Assembly: GCF_036321535.1 (NCBI RefSeq)
Contig: NC_087461.1
Coordinates: 4,712,001 to 4,776,000 of the forward strand
Reading direction: 5' to 3'
Source: Camelus dromedarius
Taxonomy: Eukaryota
DNA: 64,000 nt
How positions within the stretch are numbered: position 1 is the stretch's first letter; each line of letters begins with the position of its first letter. The notes under the pieces were generated by a model. The model was not told the origin of the DNA, made no database searches, and worked only from the letters and a program-made list of their open reading frames with translations. The position numbers were made by a program, and so were the translations under genes. Shown piece after piece: positions 60,935 through 64,000 of the stretch.

Positions 60935-61237
60935 GGGGATGCAAATCTGGCCCTCCACCTATTTTTGTAAATAAAGTTTTACTGGCACACACAGCTGTGC
61001 CCACTTGTTTACTGTCTATGGCTGATTGAAAAAAAAAATTTCATTGAAGTAGAGTTGATTTACAATGTTGTGTCAGTTTCTGGTGCACAGCACCTCGACT
61101 CAGTTATACGTGTATTATACACATTCTTTTTCAACATGCTGTCTATACTGACTTTGCGCTGTAACAGTAGAGTGGTTGCAGCAATGACTAAAATATTTAC
61201 AATCTGGTCCTTTATCAAAAAAGTTTGCCAACACCTG
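60935..61237 (+). mobile_element. MER58A-type hAT-Charlie element split by an L1 tail
   Basis: caaatctggccctccacctatttttgtaaataaagttttactgg...gtctatggctg // ctttgcgctgtaac...taaaatatttacaatctggtcctttatcaaaaaagtttgccaacacctg. Confidence 0.88.
61029..61133 (-). mobile_element. Short L1 3' tail nested in MER58A
   Basis: ttcattgaagtagagttgatttacaatgttgtgtcagtttctggtgcacagc; TSD-like ctgtctatggctga (61012-61025) / ctgtctatactga (61139-61151). Confidence 0.85.
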
Positions 61238-61344
61238 GTCTAGCATGATAATTTGGGGTTTAATTGTTATAGCAACAAACATTACCCTAACTAGTCTATC
61301 TCCTTAAGCATATATATTATACCTCTCTGCATTAATTTCATTAC

Positions 61345-61790
61345 TCGATACATTCTTTCAACAGGTATTTCTTGAGCATTTAATGTGTTCTTGGTATTGG
61401 AGATACAAAGGTGAAGGAGATATATGACTCCTGCTCTCAAGAAGCTTATAGTTCTAGATTCACAGACATAGAAAACAAACTTCTGGTTACCAGGGCGGGA
61501 AGAGGGTGGGAAGGGATAAATGGGGAGTTTGGGATTTGCAGATACTAATTACTGTATATAAAATAGACAAACAACAAGGTCCTATTGTCTAGCACAGGGA
61601 ACTATATTCAATATCTTGTAGTGACCTATAATGAAAAAGAATATGAAAAGGAATCTATGTATATATATATATGCGCGACTGGGACATTATACTGTACACT
61701 AGAAATTGACACATGGTAAACTGACTATTCTTCAATTAAAAAAAAAAGAAGCTTATAGTTTTGAGAGGGGAGGCAGAGGAGTCAAGTGGC
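61345..61790 (-). mobile_element. L2 3' end split by an L1
   Basis: cattctttcaacaggtatttcttgagcatt...ctcctgctctcaagaagcttatagtt // ttgagaggggaggcag. Confidence 0.75.
61454..61745 (+). mobile_element. 5'-truncated L1 3' end with perfect 15-bp TSD
   Basis: acagacatagaaaacaaacttctggttacc...aaactgactattcttcaatt(A)n; TSD aagaagcttatagtt at 61439-61453 and 61746-61760. Confidence 0.95.
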
Positions 61791-61849
61791 AGTTAAAGTT
61801 TGAGTGCACCGGGGGTCAATGACAGGGAGCTGCGGACATGCGCGGGAGG

Positions 61850-62190
61850 GGTCCTGACGCCAGACCCGGGAGCGACACGCGCTGAGGTCAGGTCCTGGGA
61901 GATGGAGACTGGCTGGAAATGTATTGTGGAGTCAACATCTGCAGGGAAGGGAAGGAAGCAGGAATAGGCAGAGGGGAAGCTGGGTGTTTTCACAACAATG
62001 GCCTCAGCCAAAGGCACAGGGAGCGCTGAACCTTAGGTGGCCCTTCAGCGCTGGGACAAGAGGTGTGACCTCCTGCAAGTGCTCTTCCTGAGGAGGTCGG
62101 CCGCAGTCGTCCCAGCAGCTGGCGGAACAGTCTTCAGTCCTGGCGGGCCATCTGATAGAGCACATAGAGGCTGCCGCAGGACGGTTCTGT
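61850..62190. mobile_element. Probable ERVL-class LTR relic (LTR16/LTR33-like)
   Basis: gggaaggaagcaggaataggcagaggggaagctg...ggcctcagccaaaggcacagggagcgctg...ggtggcccttcag recalls that group; family uncertain. Confidence 0.45.
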
Positions 62191-62232
62191 GACAGTCCTT
62201 GAGAGGAAGTTGGCTCTAAGTTCACACCGAAT

Positions 62233-62290
62233 CTTTGAGCAGGGACTTTCACGTTGAAAGAAACTTTGAGCAGGGACTTTCACGTTGAAA
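62233..62290. repeat. 27-bp direct duplication (period 31)
   Basis: ctttgagcagggactttcacgttgaaa at 62233-62259 and 62264-62290. Confidence 0.97.
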
Positions 62291-62490
62291 AAGGAGGGGG
62301 CAGGAATGGCCAGTGGAGAGTGCCCTGGGCAGAGGGAATAAAATGTTCAAATCACTGAAAATGAGAGAGGACGGGGAAGATTAGAAATCTTAATTCTACC
62401 CTGACTGACTAGCAGGTTTCTGTGCGCGGACTTTCTGCCTCTGTCTGATCGCAGGGAGCATCACTCTAAGTGATTTACAACTGCAGAATA

Positions 62491-62779
62491 TGGTCGCCCC
62501 TCAGGATCTACAGGGGATTGCTTCCAGGACCTCCCAAATCCCTTACGTAAAGTGGCATGTGGTGTATTTGCATGTAACCTACACACATCCTCCCATGTAC
62601 TTTAAATCACCCCTAGATTACCTATAAAACCTAACATGATGTGAATGGTACATAAACAGTTGCTGGCGTGGCAAATTCAAGTTTTGCTTTTTCCAACTTT
62701 CTGGAATTACCTTTTGAACACTTTTCATCCGCAGTCGAATCCACAGAGGCAGAGCCCACAGATACGGAGGGCTTGACAG
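62491..62779 (+). mobile_element. MER2-type TcMar-Tigger element
   Basis: ta|tggtcgcccctcagg...ggggattgcttccaggacc...gtatttgcatgtaacctacacacatcctcccatgtactttaaatc...gatacggagggcttgacag|ta; TA on both sides. Confidence 0.88.
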
Positions 62780-63479
62780 TACTTACACGCCAAGAAGCTC
62801 CAGGTCATAATTAAATTTCTCTTACGTGTTTTAAACTAAGTTTCCTCTCTACAGGGACAGTTTAACTAAGGATGCTGTCTGGGAGCAGCTTTACGAGATC
62901 TGTGTTAGGAATGTGATATCTTTATTCTTGCATAGTTTGAGTTAATTATCTTGAGTCAGTGGTTTCTCATCCAAATCGTGATTTCTCTATCTCCTGAAGT
63001 TCCCCATTCTGCTCAGAAACCTATCTGCTACTTACCAAGCGACCCTGATTGACTAGTGTAGATGTGAGTGGAATAGTCAACTCCTCCACCCCAGTGGAAG
63101 ACAGCCGTTGTGTGATGGATAAACACAAAAGTAGGGCAAATTTGAACAACAAGGCAGGGGAAATGGTGAAGTGATTAAGCTTGCAGTTCAAAACTCAGCA
63201 TTGTTCAGGGACTGAGACCAAATGAGTGACGAGCTTCTACAGCAGGAATGCTTCGAAAAATGTGTCTGTTGTAAATGGACAGAAAGGCTCTCTAAATTTG
63301 GAATCCCACATTTTAAGTTCTGTGTTCCTTATAATATCGCTGACCTGATTTTTGGAGTTGATAAATAGTGTATCTCTTTGTAAACTTCTGGCCATCATTT
63401 TTCATCTTTGTGTTTCATTATTATATTACTAGTTTGTGATATTCAATTTCGATCAAGATTGAAATTTAGAAATTATGTA

Positions 63480-64000
63480 TACGTTAGTGTGTTTTATGAA
63501 CAGAATGTTTCATACCATGTAAAAAACATATGAGCACTGAAACATTAAAAATGTTGATTATGCATTATTTGTATGTATTGTAACCTATATGTAAGTATGA
63601 AGCACAAAAATGAAAACAAACATCCTCTAACCATTCACTCACCTTTGGACCAGAGTATCAGTAATTTAAGCCCTTTCTGATCCCATCCTGACCCCTCTTC
63701 TCCCCAAATTAGCTATGACTCTGAACAGTTATCCTTTCTTTGTTAATAGTTAAACATTTTTTTGTTAATAGTTAAAAAACAGTATATTTGATCTAAATAA
63801 TAATTTTTCTTGTTCTGAGTATAATAAAAATCTGTACTAAATTTAGTCTTCTATAAAATTATGTGTTTTTAAAATTCAGCTCCATATACCTAAAATCCAT
63901 CAGTATATTTGCATATAGTATAATTCACTCATTTCCACCACTGCATAGTGTTCTGAGTACACCACAGTTTAACCATCTTCTTGTTGGTTGACATTTTTTC
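63480..64000 (-). mobile_element. Ancient L1M fragment
   Basis: gcatatagtataattcactcatttccaccactgcatagtgttc...cacagtttaaccatcttcttgttggttgacatttt. Confidence 0.65.

Noticed and set aside
1-64000. A novel prokaryote-style system (CRISPR, defence island, operon)
   Set aside because: The DNA is mammalian: no gene-dense ORFs, no spacer-repeat arrays; the direct repeats have only two copies.
1-64000. miRNA, snoRNA, U6, Y or 7SK genes
   Set aside because: No mature sequence or full hairpin I recognise; seed-like hits fell inside L1 or lacked a star arm. An Rfam/miRBase scan would be decisive.

Overview
Mammalian genomic DNA, most likely camelid (camel/alpaca): it carries two short tRNA-derived SINEs of the Vic-1 type and artiodactyl-style L1 3' ends, and I recognise no Alu, B1, Bov-A, PRE-1 or Can-SINE. 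Three short N gaps suggest a short-read assembly. I recognise no coding exon of a known gene and give no gene symbol. The ORF-track entries are L1-derived or look like chance ORFs. A large share of the window is interspersed repeat (L1, L2, MIR, MaLR/ERVL LTRs, MER2/MER3/MER58A), separated by repeat-free blocks that look like enhancers. The clearest functional landmark is a + strand promoter at about 52.4-53.5 kb: TATA box, short first exon with donor, then a CpG island with a second donor. Other signals are candidate exons on both strands (an 11-nt microexon with a UGC-type acceptor, a 61-nt exon with alternative hairpins, ATG|GT-ending exons and a possible 67-aa spliced microprotein), a fold-back element, a tiny orphan retro-insertion and a twin-primed L1. 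No rRNA, true tRNA gene, CRISPR array or other prokaryotic system is present. Repeat family names come from my recall of consensus sequences, their boundaries are approximate, and all exon models are untested inferences.
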